A stretch of DNA of 45,047 nt from Saprolegnia diclina VS20 (lineage: Eukaryota): the NCBI RefSeq assembly GCF_000281045.1, contig NW_008246085.1, forward strand, positions 146,270 to 191,316, in the 5' to 3' direction. Each line of letters begins with the position of its first letter. The stretch's first letter is position 1. Of this stretch, positions 11,463 through 22,981 are shown one piece after another. A program made the position numbers and the translations under genes. The notes beneath the pieces are model-generated. The model did no database searches. It was not told the DNA's origin and saw nothing but the letters and a program-made list of their open reading frames with translations.

Positions 11463-12307
11463 NNNNNNNNNNNNNNNNNNNNNNNNNNNNNNNNNNNNNN
11501 NNNNNNNNNNNNNNNNNNNNNNNNNNNNNNNNNNNNNNNNNNNNNNNNNNNNNNNNNNNNNNNNNNNNNNNNNNNNNNNNNNNNNNNNNNNNNNNNNNNN
11601 NNNNNNNNNNNNNNNNNNNNNNNNNNNNNNNNNNNNNNNNNNNNNNNNNNNNNNNNNNNNNNNNNNNNNNNNNNNNNNNNNNNNNNNNNNNNNNNNNNNN
11701 NNNNNNNNNNNNNNNNNNNNNNNNNNNNNNNNNNNNNNNNNNNNNNNNNNNNNNNNNNNNNNNNNNNNNNNNNNNNNNNNNNNNNNNNNNNNNNNNNNNN
11801 NNNNNNNNNNNNNNNNNNNNNNNNNNNNNNNNNNNNNNNNNNNNNNNNNNNNNNNNNNNNNNNNNNNNNNNNNNNNNNNNNNNNNNNNNNNNNNNNNNNN
11901 NNNNNNNNNNNNNNNNNNNNNNNNNNNNNNNNNNNNNNNNNNNNNNNNNNNNNNNNNNNNNNNNNNNNNNNNNNNNNNNNNNNNNNNNNNNNNNNNNNNN
12001 NNNNNNNNNNNNNNNNNNNNNNNNNNNNNNNNNNNNNNNNNNNNNNNNNNNNNNNNNNNNNNNNNNNNNNNNNNNNNNNNNNNNNNNNNNNNNNNNNNNN
12101 NNNNNNNNNNNNNNNNNNNNNNNNNNNNNNNNNNNNNNNNNNNNNNNNNNNNNNNNNNNNNNNNNNNNNNNNNNNNNNNNNNNNNNNNNNNNNNNNNNNN
12201 NNNNNNNNNNNNNNNNNNNNNNNNNNNNNNNNNNNNNNNNNNNNNNNNNNNNNNNNNNNNNNNNNNNNNNNNNNNNNNNNNNNNNNNNNNNNNNNNNNNN
12301 NNNNNNN
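11463..12307. other. Assembly gap (845 N)
   Basis: Run of N. Confidence 1.
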
Positions 12308-12311
12308 CAAC

Positions 12312-13412
12312 ATGGTTCTCTACAGCGCAACGTACCACCAGGACAAGGAGGCCCGTCGCATTGCGGCGCTCGAAGCCCAACTCCGCATCTCGCACCCGTT
12401 CCGCCGGACCACCAGCACCAAGTCGGCGGCCAAGGCATCAGCCAAGCAAGCTACACGCTCCACTACTGCCACTGCGGTGCGCTCTGCGACTCGCACCAGC
12501 AACACGCCGATCGCGTCGGATTTGGCGCGCGACCACAAGATGGAGATCGAACGTCTGCAAGCCGAGCACCAAGCTGCTTTGGCCGCCATGACCGAGAAGC
12601 TGCATGCTGCTCACGACCACGTGCTGGAGCTTGCGCACCGCGTCCTTCGGCGTGACGACACGATCACTGCGCTCCGTGAAAAGCTCGAGCGCCGCGTTGC
12701 GCGCAAGGAGGCCGAAGTTCAACACATCAAAATGCACTTGGTCGACGCCAACGCCGTCATTGCCGAAAACAAGACTACGATTTTGGAGCTCAACGGGCAA
12801 CTCATCAAGACCGAGACGGTCCTCGCCGACACGGTCGCTCAAAAGGACGACACGATCGCGCAGCTCTCGGAACAAGTGACGAGCCTGAAGGCCCAAGCAG
12901 CAACAACCTCCTCCAGTGACGCGCTGGACGCCGCCAACGAGCGCGTGATTCAACTTGCGCACCGCGTCCTTCGGCGCGACGATACGATCACTGCGTTGCG
13001 GGAGAAGATGGAGCGCCGCCTTGCACGGAAGGAGGCCCAGGTGCAGCACATCAAGGTGCACTTGGTCGACGCCAACGCCACCATTGCCAAGAACAAGACG
13101 ACAATTTCGCAGCTCCATACGTGGGTCCAGAGCCTCGAGACCCAGATTCACGCCGCCATCGCCTCCAACGACTCGCTTCTCGCGACTCTGCAGCAGCCAA
13201 CTCGAGCTACTTTGTGGTCGAATGGACCGCCACGCTCGACGGACGACTTGGATTCACTCGCCTCGTCCGAGATGGAGCCGCTTGCAGAGCCATCGACTTG
13301 CGTTTCACCGACTTACCCCATCAACAGCGCCCGCCAACTCGTCAACGCCTCCTCCAACTACAATAGTAAGGACGAGGCGACGTGCCAGACGCATTGGATG
13401 TATAACGACTAG
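12312..13412 (+). CDS. Hypothetical coiled-coil protein with an internal duplicated ~58-aa unit
   Basis: Intronless 366-aa ORF; LAHRVLRRDDTITALREKxERRxARKEAxVQHIKxHLVDANAxIAxNKTTI occurs twice. Confidence 0.85.
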   Translation: MVLYSATYHQDKEARRIAALEAQLRISHPFRRTTSTKSAAKASAKQATRSTTATAVRSATRTSNTPIASDLARDHKMEIERLQAEHQAALAAMTEKLHAAHDHVLELAHRVLRRDDTITALREKLERRVARKEAEVQHIKMHLVDANAVIAENKTTILELNGQLIKTETVLADTVAQKDDTIAQLSEQVTSLKAQAATTSSSDALDAANERVIQLAHRVLRRDDTITALREKMERRLARKEAQVQHIKVHLVDANATIAKNKTTISQLHTWVQSLETQIHAAIASNDSLLATLQQPTRATLWSNGPPRSTDDLDSLASSEMEPLAEPSTCVSPTYPINSARQLVNASSNYNSKDEATCQTHWMYND

Positions 13413-13540
13413 GAATACGATCTTATAACACGAAAATCAAATAAAAATTACCATCAAATGGACTGGATCGCAACTCGCTTGGTGAAGTACAGTAGACGGT
13501 ACTGGAAGGAGCCGTTATTACACCAGACAATGGAATGACG

Positions 13541-14792
13541 CTATTCGTTGTTGGTGATGAATGTGGTCGAGTTGGCGTCGCGCGGCGCAGGTTTCTTGGG
13601 TTTGATGACGCGGGCCTCGGGCGGAATCACCGACTGCGGGTGCTTGGAGACAACTCGGTCCCGCGGGTTGAGGCCGGCGCGGATGTCCTGGAGCTTCTTG
13701 GTCGCTTCGACCGACTGCTTGGACTCGAGGACGGCTTGGACGTTGCGGTTGCGCTGAAGGAGCCGCTTCGAGTCGAGGTTGCGCTGCTTGATATGCTCCT
13801 TTCGGCGGCCGTCAATGCGCTTGAGAAGCGCTTGGATCTCGGCTTGCTGCTGCTGGCGAAACTTAGTTTCTTTCCGCGTGAAAATGACTTGGAGGTTCTC
13901 GTTCATGTTGGCGCGCTCGGCGGCTTCGAGGTCGTCCGCAATGAGCTTGATCTTTTGCGCCTCGGCATAGTTCTTTTGCTGTGCGAGCCGGTGCTGCCGG
14001 CGCCGCCACTCGATGAGCTCTTTCGAAAACTTGGGCGGCCGCTCCATGAGCTCCTTGTGCAGCTTTTCCTGGAAGCTGCGCAAATCCAAGTTGTGCTTGT
14101 CGGTCATTTGCCGAATGTACGCCTGCGCCATGTTGTCGTACTCCTCCATGTACTGGTCCCACGCCATGTTGAAGTCCGTGTACTGCATGTTGTGCGCAAT
14201 CTGAATGTCTTGGCGCTCGGCGATCTGCTTGGCCTTGAGCGACTTGGACTGCCGCTTGGCCTCTTGCGTGCGCAGCGCCACGAGCTGCGTATCGGCGCGC
14301 TGCGCTTCGAGGTAGTTGCCGTCCTCCTCGCATTTCGCGCGGTACTCTTCGAGGATGTTGATAAACTCCATCACCTTGGGGTCCGGGCCCACATTGTACG
14401 GCGAGTCTACGTCGCACCCTAAGATGCAACGCAGGGTGTGTGATGAGGTACCAATGTCGGGCTGCTTGCGCACGAGCAGTAGAAATTCCTCAAACGTGAT
14501 CGTCTCGTCGTCTTGGCTCAGCTCGATCGACTTGAGGAGGTCGTCAGCTACCGTATCGTCACTCACGGCTTCGAGGAGACGCATACGCGTACCTTCGTGG
14601 GGCGGTCGACCGAGCTTGGCAAAGATAGCTTCGAGGTGCTGGATCGAAATGCGCCCGACGCCGTCTTCGTCAAAGAGCGAAAAGACAGCTACCGAGGTAA
14701 GCTGAGCAAGCCGAATCTCATTTCTGATAGGTACCGCTGAGCGCCGAGACCTCGTCGGCCGAGTACTCGTCCGCCGTGTTGTTGAGCGCCAT
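13541..14792 (-). CDS. EF-hand pair plus long coiled-coil protein; multi-exon
   Basis: Spliced N-terminus MALNNTADEYSADEVSALS-AVFSLFDEDGVGRISIQHL...ITFEEFLLLV resembles a calmodulin lobe; helical body with repeated NYxEAQ motifs. Confidence 0.8.
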
Positions 14793-14888
14793 GCCTCCGT
14801 TGTCGAAACTCAAGAAACGACTCGCAAGAGCTATTCATAGGTCCACGCCACAGTGGCGAGACAGGAGGTATCATTTATCATATCTACA

Positions 14889-17285
14889 CTAGTTGAGCCA
14901 CGGATGGCTGAGGATCTCGGCGGCCGTCACGCGCTTGGCTACACAGCGTGGTATTTCAGGATATATATATCGATAGAGTGGGTCGTACAGGGCTGGAACT
15001 TCATCATGGCCTCGAGAAAGGTCGCAAACGGCTCGGCTTCGTCCGCTGCAAACTCATACTTTTCCATGAGCACGTCCTTGAGACCCCAAAACTTGAGGTT
15101 GTGGATCTTCTTGAGGTCGCCCTTCTTGTTGAAGTAGTCCTTGCTGTACTTGCCATTCGTCGCAAACGATTTCGGCATCTTCCCGAGCAGCTCCATCATC
15201 TGCGCGAGGTGATCTTCGTCGCGCGAGTAGTTCTTGCCGCTCTTCGGGTCAAAGAGAAGCTCGCCCGTCGCAAGCTCAAACAAAAAGCACGCCATCGACC
15301 ACATGTCGGTCGACTGGTCGTAGTTTTGGCCCAAGAGCACTTCGGGACTGCGGTACTATCCCAAATGATCGAAATCGTTCGAGAGCTCCAAGTACATACC
15401 TGGCGCGTCTGGATGTCCTGGGTAAAGTGCTTGTACGTCCAGCACGCGTTCCCGAGGTCGGCGATCTTGACGTCGTAGAGCGGCACGTTGGTCGCTTCGT
15501 CCAAGTGCCGCGTCGTTGCGAGCGTTTGCCACGACGCAACGCGCTCGTGGATGCTTCGGAGGAGCCGCGGCGACGGCAACACAATGCCTTGCAGCGCGTG
15601 GTCCAGCGGCGACTCGGTGGGAAAGTGAAAGCCGCAGAGCGCATGCGTAGCAGCCGCGCGGACGTTGACGAGGTGGAACACCGGGCCAAGCGACTCAGCA
15701 AGGAACGTGCTGATGAGGTCCAGGTATCGCGCGTCGAGCTCGAGGCGCCACACTTCGACGCGGTCGACCTCGGTCCCAGCGCCGAGGATCGTCGACGCTA
15801 GCGCGTTGTACGACGCGTCATCGTCGTCAGTCGTCTTGTAAAACCTACATCAACAGTCTCGTCTTCTCCTTCTATCAGTGTATGGTCGCGTACTTAAACG
15901 AAAAGCACGTCGAGCTGCGGGAGCCTGGAATGACCTTGGCGGCCGCCGACGGAATGCGCAGCTTGAGGCGGTAGACGCGGTTGCCGACACCCATGGCCGC
16001 CGACATCTAGTCCAGCATCAGACGACCATCATCGTTGCAAGGAGGACGTACAAACTGCGGCGGCACAGCGACCATGATGCGCATGGCAAAGTTGGACGAG
16101 ATGGCGTAGTCGCGGCTCGTGCGGGCGTCCACCAAGTACTCGTGGAGCGACGACTACGTTCTTAGGATGAATCTTCGAGTGTTGAAAGAGAGCGATGGCA
16201 CCAACCTCGAGGGGAGTCGACGGCTCGGCGACACTGCTGCTTTCCAAATCCCGCAGGATGAATGCGTCATCGTCGATCATGGGTGCGATCGCAAGCGCAG
16301 CGAGGTCGTCGGCCAGCGCTGTGTCGGCGTCGTCCTCGATCGTAGGGCCCCCTACCTCGTCGGCCTTTTTCTGTTTTTGCTTCTTGCGCTTGTTGCGCTT
16401 CTTGAGCTTCTTGCGCTCGTCGGCCGTCATGGACGCTTCATCCTTGGGTCGGACGGGGGCTTTCGGGAGCTTTGGGAGCTTCATGAGCGCATCGACGAGA
16501 AGGACGTTCTCGGGCTTGAGGTCCGTGTGGATGATCTTGCACTCTTCATGCAGGAACGCCATGCCTTCGAGCATCTGCTTGGAGATGACTTTGAGCAGCG
16601 GCAGCGGAATGCCCTTGTAGTCGTAGCGCTTGATGAGCGTCAAGAGGTTGTCGCCGAGCATCTCAAACACCATGCACATGTCTACCGTACACATGAGTCC
16701 TCGTCGTTGTGCAAGATTGAACGTACGCAAGCCGTTGGGACCGCGGTGCTCAAAGCTCGCGATCAGCTTGACGACGCGCGGGTACGGGCCGCCCTTCTTC
16801 TTCGCGGCCTCGTTGACGCACTCGAGGAGCTCGACCTCGTCCCGCGCCGCCTCCATGTAGTGCTGCGCGCTCTTCTGCACCTTCATGGCCACGTCTCGCT
16901 GCGTGGTAGCGTCGTGGCAGCGCCACACGGTCGAGAAGTGGCCCCACCCGAGCTTGTCGAGCACCGTGAAGCGGTCGTTGTAGACATCGCCGACGCGGAC
17001 GCGGTGGTAGCCGCCGGGCTTGTAGCTGCTCTCCTCTTCTTCGTCGCTCTCGGAGCTGGACGCGTCGCTCTCGCTCGAGTACGAGTCGCTCTCGCTCATG
17101 ACGCGGCCCTTGGTCGGCGCCGGCGTCGTGCCCGAGACCTCGGTGGACTCTTCTTCGAGCGCCTTCTCCTCGAGCGATGGCATCGGCTTCTTCTTACCGG
17201 ACTTGCCATTCGGCGGCCCCGACTTCCATTTCGCTGGCTTGACCGTCTTCTTCGCTTGGGCCGCTGAGCCCATCGTCGACGACAT
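14889..17285 (-). CDS. SRPK: SR-protein kinase (SRPK family, CMGC); multi-exon
   Basis: YKPGGYHRV, KLGWGHFSTVW, VAMKVQKSAQHY, IIHTDLKPENVL, long spacer, VKIADLGNACW, DIQTRQY, DEDHLAQMMELLG; last exon ends HPWLN*. Confidence 0.93.
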
Positions 17286-18828
17286 GATGGTTGGAGCACC
17301 AAACAATCGCAAATATTTCGATGGATTTTGACCAATCAAAACCGCGTCCACGTTATCCGAGCTTTGTGCCACCGATGCGGTGGTAGCACGCTGATGAGCA
17401 GAAGGACGCCGTGCACGAAGCGTGGCCCTGGCAAAGACTTGGCTGTGACTCTGGCTACGGCGATGGCAACGAAGTGGCCATGAGTGGGATACGTGGGTCA
17501 CGAGAGCAAGGCGGTGCACGACCAGCAGATTGGAGAAACGTGTTTGTATCGAGCAAGTTGCTACCTCGAAAGTTGCCTTTCTCGTAAAGCAAAGCGCACA
17601 AAGGAGCTTCACTTCAACTACACCTACAACGGAGAGCGGCAGTACACGACAAGCTCACCTCGTCGTAGCAACTCGTAGAGTATCACGATTGTGTGGACGG
17701 CGCGTAGAGCTACGTCTGGCATGTGTATGTGTTTGCGGAAGGAGCCTACGATTGATGATATCCTTGGCGAGGTACGTGGACCTCGCTGGCACAGGGAATG
17801 CTTGGCGCCAGTGTCGCCGACGCACTTTGCCAAACGAGCTCATCAGTGCTTCGAGCGATATCAACAAGCTCCAGCGCACATGTTGTCAACCCGAGTGCGA
17901 CGACTCGATCATCCCAGCTCTCGGTTTGCACACAAATCGAAATGGACTCTCACGTATTGTATCTTCAGCATCCGCACGAATCCAAGGACTGTACAGTACC
18001 AAATGTGCTGCTTGGTGCCGGGTACCGAGTTTGAGAACACTCTCACCAAGCTCTTGAGCTCCAACGGCTTCAAGTTCGTGCCAACTAACGCTTCGAGCGT
18101 ACAAGCGAGGGCTTCCTGGAGTGCAACTACAAAAGGTTGAGCGAACTGAAGCGAGGCGCAGGCAACGATCTACAAGCTCTGTATGTAGTGATATCCCAAT
18201 TCACCTCGGGCGACGACGACATAGTGGTGCTCCTGTCGTCGCCAGCCACGGATTTCGTGCGCTTCAAGTTCGTCTACTAAAGACACCTGATTGAACTGCA
18301 TGTATGCTGTGTGAGGCATACGGTATCAAGCCTTCAGACACGTATCGACTTGCCACTCACTCGTACCTTTGCCATATTAGCACTGTGTCGATCGCAGTGA
18401 CGTGGCAACTCGATATGACGGCTTGTTTCCGGTAGTGCAGTTTTGGCCAATCGACGCTCCGCAATAAAACGGCTGTGAATTGCACACCGCTCCATACAAT
18501 TTTCAAGTAGGTACTCATGAAACCATATCTTCAATTTTTATTCTATTTTATAATTCTCACCACGATACCTCGACCACCTGCGCGCCCCTTGCAGAGCCAG
18601 AGGCGCAGGAGGGCGCATGACCGATTTGGTTGTATGCATGTGATCACCTCCTTCGTTGGCCCGCGTTTTATGCTGGCTGTCGATGCACTAATGCTTCCCA
18701 AGGAACCGAGCTATTGAATTTCACACGCATTTACCACGTGTGAAATGCATGTGATAAATAAAATCCACCTCCTTGAACGACGCTTGGTGGGATATCGAAG
18801 AAGAGCATTTGCATTGCGATCGGCGACC

Positions 18829-19994
18829 ATGATTGACAGCGCGATGGTCGGACGCTGGCTCCACGCCGCCTTCGGTGGCAAAGACTCCCTTTCCCGCGAC
18901 GACCTCCTCTCGATCGTGCTCAGCATGCGGGCGGACAAGGATGGCCCATGGACGTTCGCGCCGGCCGGCGCCGTGCCCGAGGCGCACTGCATGATCGCGA
19001 GAACGCTGTCAAAGTACAGCAAGGCTCTCCCGCGGAACGAGCGACTCGCTGCGCTCGAGCAGCTTGCGGCGTTTGCTCGCGCCAGCCTCGACCTTGTGGA
19101 CGCCACGTAGGAGCAAGCCGGCGTGCAACATGATCGATGCCTGTATTAGGACCACGACCCACACGCCGGCGCGGATTTCCAAGAAGAGACCCAGCGACGA
19201 ATCTCAAGAGTTAAGCGCAAAGAAGGTCAAGACTGACGACGATGGTCAAGGTGCGGAGAGCGCACTGCCACCCAAGGTACAACCTTCTCAACTCGTCTGC
19301 CGTCGCTTACGCGCGTTCTAGGTGAGCGCTAGTGCATTGCCGACAATGAAAGACGACGCGTCTGGACCGTCGCCCGTGGTACGTCATTCCATTTATGTGG
19401 TGGTCGCTTTATGAGAATTTGCTGTAGGCGAGCCGCGTCGAGACGGCATGGCTCTTCACAGAGCACCGCCTGGGCGACGACATGGAAGCGCCGACCCCTT
19501 CCGAGCGGTTTTTCAACGGCGAGGTCGGCGGCTTCATTTTCATGTGCGACCCCCAGACGAAGCGGCCGATCGAGGACGAGCGCTACCCGCTGCGCATGGA
19601 CGTCGACACGGCGCGCACGGGGTTTCAAGCGGTGCGCGGGCTCCTGCCGCGGTGCGACCAAGCTCTGTCCATGGTGAATTCGTACCTGGACACGTTGACG
19701 GCGCTCAACATCGCCGTGCCGCAACTATACGGCCCGCTCGCCGTGGCCATCGAGCTCGTACTTTTTGTCCTCAAGCACGCTGTGGGGTGGCATGCCGGCA
19801 TGTCCGACGAAGATCGCGACGTCAAGCTGCGTGCGATCTTGGCCGAGAAGGACCCCGAGCGCAGCTTGGACAACGTGGTGCAGCAGCGTCACGAGCTCGG
19901 GTTTGTTTGGGTGCCAGCGCCTCAAGCCACGACGACCAACGATGCCAACGCTGCCCCTCCCGGCTTAGGACGATGTCGTGGACGGTCGCATTGA
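18829..19994 (+). CDS. Hypothetical protein; multi-exon
   Basis: Coding-biased exons linked by short GT-AG introns; contains the NLS-like stretch KKRP...KKVK. Confidence 0.6.
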
Positions 19995-20841
19995 TCTACA
20001 CTGTCTGCGTCCTCCTATCTGGTTTAGTGTAGCCGACGAGTGCTAGACGGTCGGAAGTACTAACTTGAATTCATTAGTTTATGTTTTGATCGGTGCCACA
20101 TCTTGTCCTTCTCATGATTCAAATCAAGCTCTTGCGATAAGATATGGCCGCTGTCTGGCAGAGCAGCCAGGAAGACAGCAGACCTGGTCGGCGACGGGCA
20201 AGAGCGGATGCGACACGCGACCTCGGTGGAGCAGAGCAAACTCTTCGTGCGATGAGGTTGGTGTAGTAGACCCACTACGCAATGACGACGTTTGACCAAT
20301 CAAAAGCGATCCACGATTCGCGCCATCGTCTCTGAGGACGCCACGTGGAAACGAGAACCAGGTCCGTCATCTGCATATCTATAGCGCGAGGCGTGGCACT
20401 CGTGGACGTGAGTGGGACCTTTGACCATGCTGGTTTCGTCGTCCGATCCTCTTCGAAGCTCAAGAAGCCAACGTAGGAAGCCATCTTCTCCCTTGCAAGC
20501 TTCCGCAGCATGTCTCGACGCCCTCGAGAGTGGGCTCGAGACGGGTCGACACCGCAGAGGTGAGCAGCTGCGAGTCGTCCAGCCCCTTCGGACTCCTCGC
20601 ACCCGATTGGCGACGTCACCTTGTGTGGCCGATCGACACCTTGAAGCTGCGACGCTGATCCTGAGTTGAGCTGCACCGTCCGTCGGCGGCGTGGGTGTAT
20701 CGTCAGTACGAAGGCTGGCGACACCGCTGGCGACGACCAAGACGATGACTTTACCCGTGCGAAGGAGAAGACAGAGTGTACACCCGAATATGTGGATTTT
20801 GATTATAGATAAGAGTATTATAGTAGTGATGATAGTAGTAG

Positions 20842-21975
20842 TTAGTTGTTGTGGATGCCGAGGTGCTTGAGGTATTTGAATCGGATTTCCTTGGAGCCAC
20901 GTGGCGCGACTTTGACGAGCTGTGCTTGCTGCTGGAGGAGCGCGGCGGCTCGCAGCTGTTGTTGCAGCAATGTCTCGGTCTGCTTCTGGATCTCGACCGC
21001 GACACGGCGCTGGTAGTCCTCTTCGGCCGCCATCATGTCGTTCTCGGCGGCTTCCATCTTGACCTGCTCTTCGTACTCGCGCTCCATCTCATCGTACATC
21101 TCGTCGAGGTTGCGCTCGACCATCGAAATGAACTCTTCGCGCGTGTACCACATTGCGTCGCGTTGCCGCCGAGAGAGCTCGCGGTGGAGCGGGATGTGAT
21201 ACATGACGGCCTCTTCGTTGAACTTGATCTGCTTCTTCTCGGTGGGCGCATCAAGCGGCGACGTCCGGGGCGGTGTTAACCGCCCTTGCTGCAGCATCCA
21301 GATCGACGACTCTTTGGGCGGCGTCGCATCGGCCTCCGAGTCGGAGGACGACGACGACATGGGCGACTCGGCGGTCGCAATCGCTTCTTCGACCGCGGCC
21401 TCCGAGATGTCGCTGTCGCGTGAGTCGTTGCGCACCCAGCGCGAGAAGGCTTTGAAAAAGCTCTTGGACTTGGGCTTGATGTGGACGTCGTTGAGCTTGA
21501 CCTTGATGCCTTCGCGGTTGATGCGCCGGCGGCCCGTCGAGCGCTCGAGGTCGCGCACCGAGAGGTTGATGCCAAGCTGGCTCCAGTACTGCTGGCGGAT
21601 CGCGAGCGGGTCGCGCTTGAGAATCATGTTTTGCGGCGGCGAGTGCATGTTGAGCGGCAGCGGCGGCATGTTGATCTGCACAGCGCCAAGCATCGACGGC
21701 TTGTCGAGCAGCATCGTGTGGGCGTCGGCCATCGGGCACACGGCGAGGACAGGCATTGGCTTGAGGAGGCGGTCTTCGATGATCGTCTCGTCGGACGAGG
21801 AGCTAGATGAGGACGTGGCGTCGGGAAAGTCGGGCAGGTCGTCGTCTTGGTCGTCGTCGTCCAGCGGCAAGGTGTCGCTGAGCTTCGAGTCCTCGTGCGT
21901 AGGCGAGCGTATCGCAAAGTGACCGACGACCGCTCCTTGGTCGGTACTGCACATGGTCGAGGGCGACGGCTCCAT
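20842..21975 (-). CDS. Hypothetical protein with an RVxF-like motif
   Basis: Intronless 377-aa ORF with strong coding bias; KQIKFNEEAVMYHIP...MWYTREEF; repeated Y...LGI motif. Confidence 0.8.
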   Translation of the reverse strand: MEPSPSTMCSTDQGAVVGHFAIRSPTHEDSKLSDTLPLDDDDQDDDLPDFPDATSSSSSSSDETIIEDRLLKPMPVLAVCPMADAHTMLLDKPSMLGAVQINMPPLPLNMHSPPQNMILKRDPLAIRQQYWSQLGINLSVRDLERSTGRRRINREGIKVKLNDVHIKPKSKSFFKAFSRWVRNDSRDSDISEAAVEEAIATAESPMSSSSSDSEADATPPKESSIWMLQQGRLTPPRTSPLDAPTEKKQIKFNEEAVMYHIPLHRELSRRQRDAMWYTREEFISMVERNLDEMYDEMEREYEEQVKMEAAENDMMAAEEDYQRRVAVEIQKQTETLLQQQLRAAALLQQQAQLVKVAPRGSKEIRFKYLKHLGIHNN

Positions 21976-22518
21976 CTGATTAATGCGCTCGGCGCCGTAG
22001 GAAAATGTTGCTCCAGGGATGGTCGAGTATTTTATTCTTCTTTTTTATTGCCTTTGCCTTTGCCCAATATTTTAATTCCATCCCAACAGAATACAGGGCA
22101 TTTTGACTTCAGGTCGTATGGGATTCGCGAACGTTTGGACGAAAGTTTTAATATTTCAGCGCGGTACGTTTATTATTATTGAATGCGACGATGATCGGGC
22201 TGGCATTCCTTTTCCCGTCGTCGTTTCAGATCTGGCGACTGGCACCTTGGAGCGTCCAGGTGGTTGCACTAGACAACAAGCTGCTGGCCGCGCTCAGTAG
22301 TGCACTACACTTTATACTCGGCACTTAGCGAGGTTGCTCGAGCAGCAAGGTCGCGCGACATTCGTCCGAGCACAGCGAGCGTCCTGTAGAGACATGCTGC
22401 TCCGCAGGATTCGGCCACGCGCGACGTCTGGACCGCGGGAATTTCGCAGAATTAATTTCCGGTCCTGAGAGTGAAACTATCATCCAGTGCGCGGTGTTGA
22501 AGTCGGGTGATGGATCGC

Positions 22519-22549
22519 ATTTATTTTATTCTATTTATTTTATTTTATT
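22519..22549 (+). repeat. (TTTTA)n-like AT-rich simple repeat
   Basis: atttattttattctatttattttattttatt. Confidence 0.7.
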
Positions 22550-22981
22550 GATTCCCACGCCCGCGCGCCAGGTCTGAATTTTCCTGGCAGTTGCCAAGCC
22601 GCACGGCGACTTCAACGTTCGCGGCTGCTGGCCCCAACGCTCGCAGCCCCTCGTCCGGTTGTTCGTCTCGGCACGTCCAGTGTCCAAGCTGCTGGCGACG
22701 ACGAGCACTAATGGTGATACAAGCCACGCACACGGTGGTTACATAAGCGCCGCCCGGCTAAACGGTCGCCCGGCTCTTTGGTCCAAACTTGCCTTCAACG
22801 CCTGTCCTTGCTGCTAGTTAATGCTTCTATGTTAAAAAGCGCTTGGCTGACGGCATGCGAAGTTCGAAGACACTAATGCCGGTTCTGGCTCGGCTGACTC
22901 AAACCTTGGTTCGAAGTTCGAAGCAATGATGATGACACTCACCCGTCCAGGTCACCGAGGGTGCTAGAGAGCAAGCGCTGC

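Larger units (their letters stand above)
10554..12391 (+). repeat. Repeat copy B, containing the N gap; 10657-11100 is non-homologous to copy A
   Basis: Reverse-complement matches to 1742-1833, 1025-1387 and 1-84. Confidence 0.88.

Noticed and set aside
11352..12655. Long ORFs spanning the N gap
   Set aside because: Artefacts of translating N as X.
17530..18290. Possible degraded gene upstream of SRPK
   Set aside because: Some protein-like stretches but no consistent frame, splice model or domain.
20275..20740. Overlapping ~150-aa minus-strand ORFs
   Set aside because: No ATG-supported model or recognisable motif.
22860..22925. GTTCGAA motifs suggesting a tRNA T-loop
   Set aside because: No cloverleaf, A box or acceptor stem can be built.
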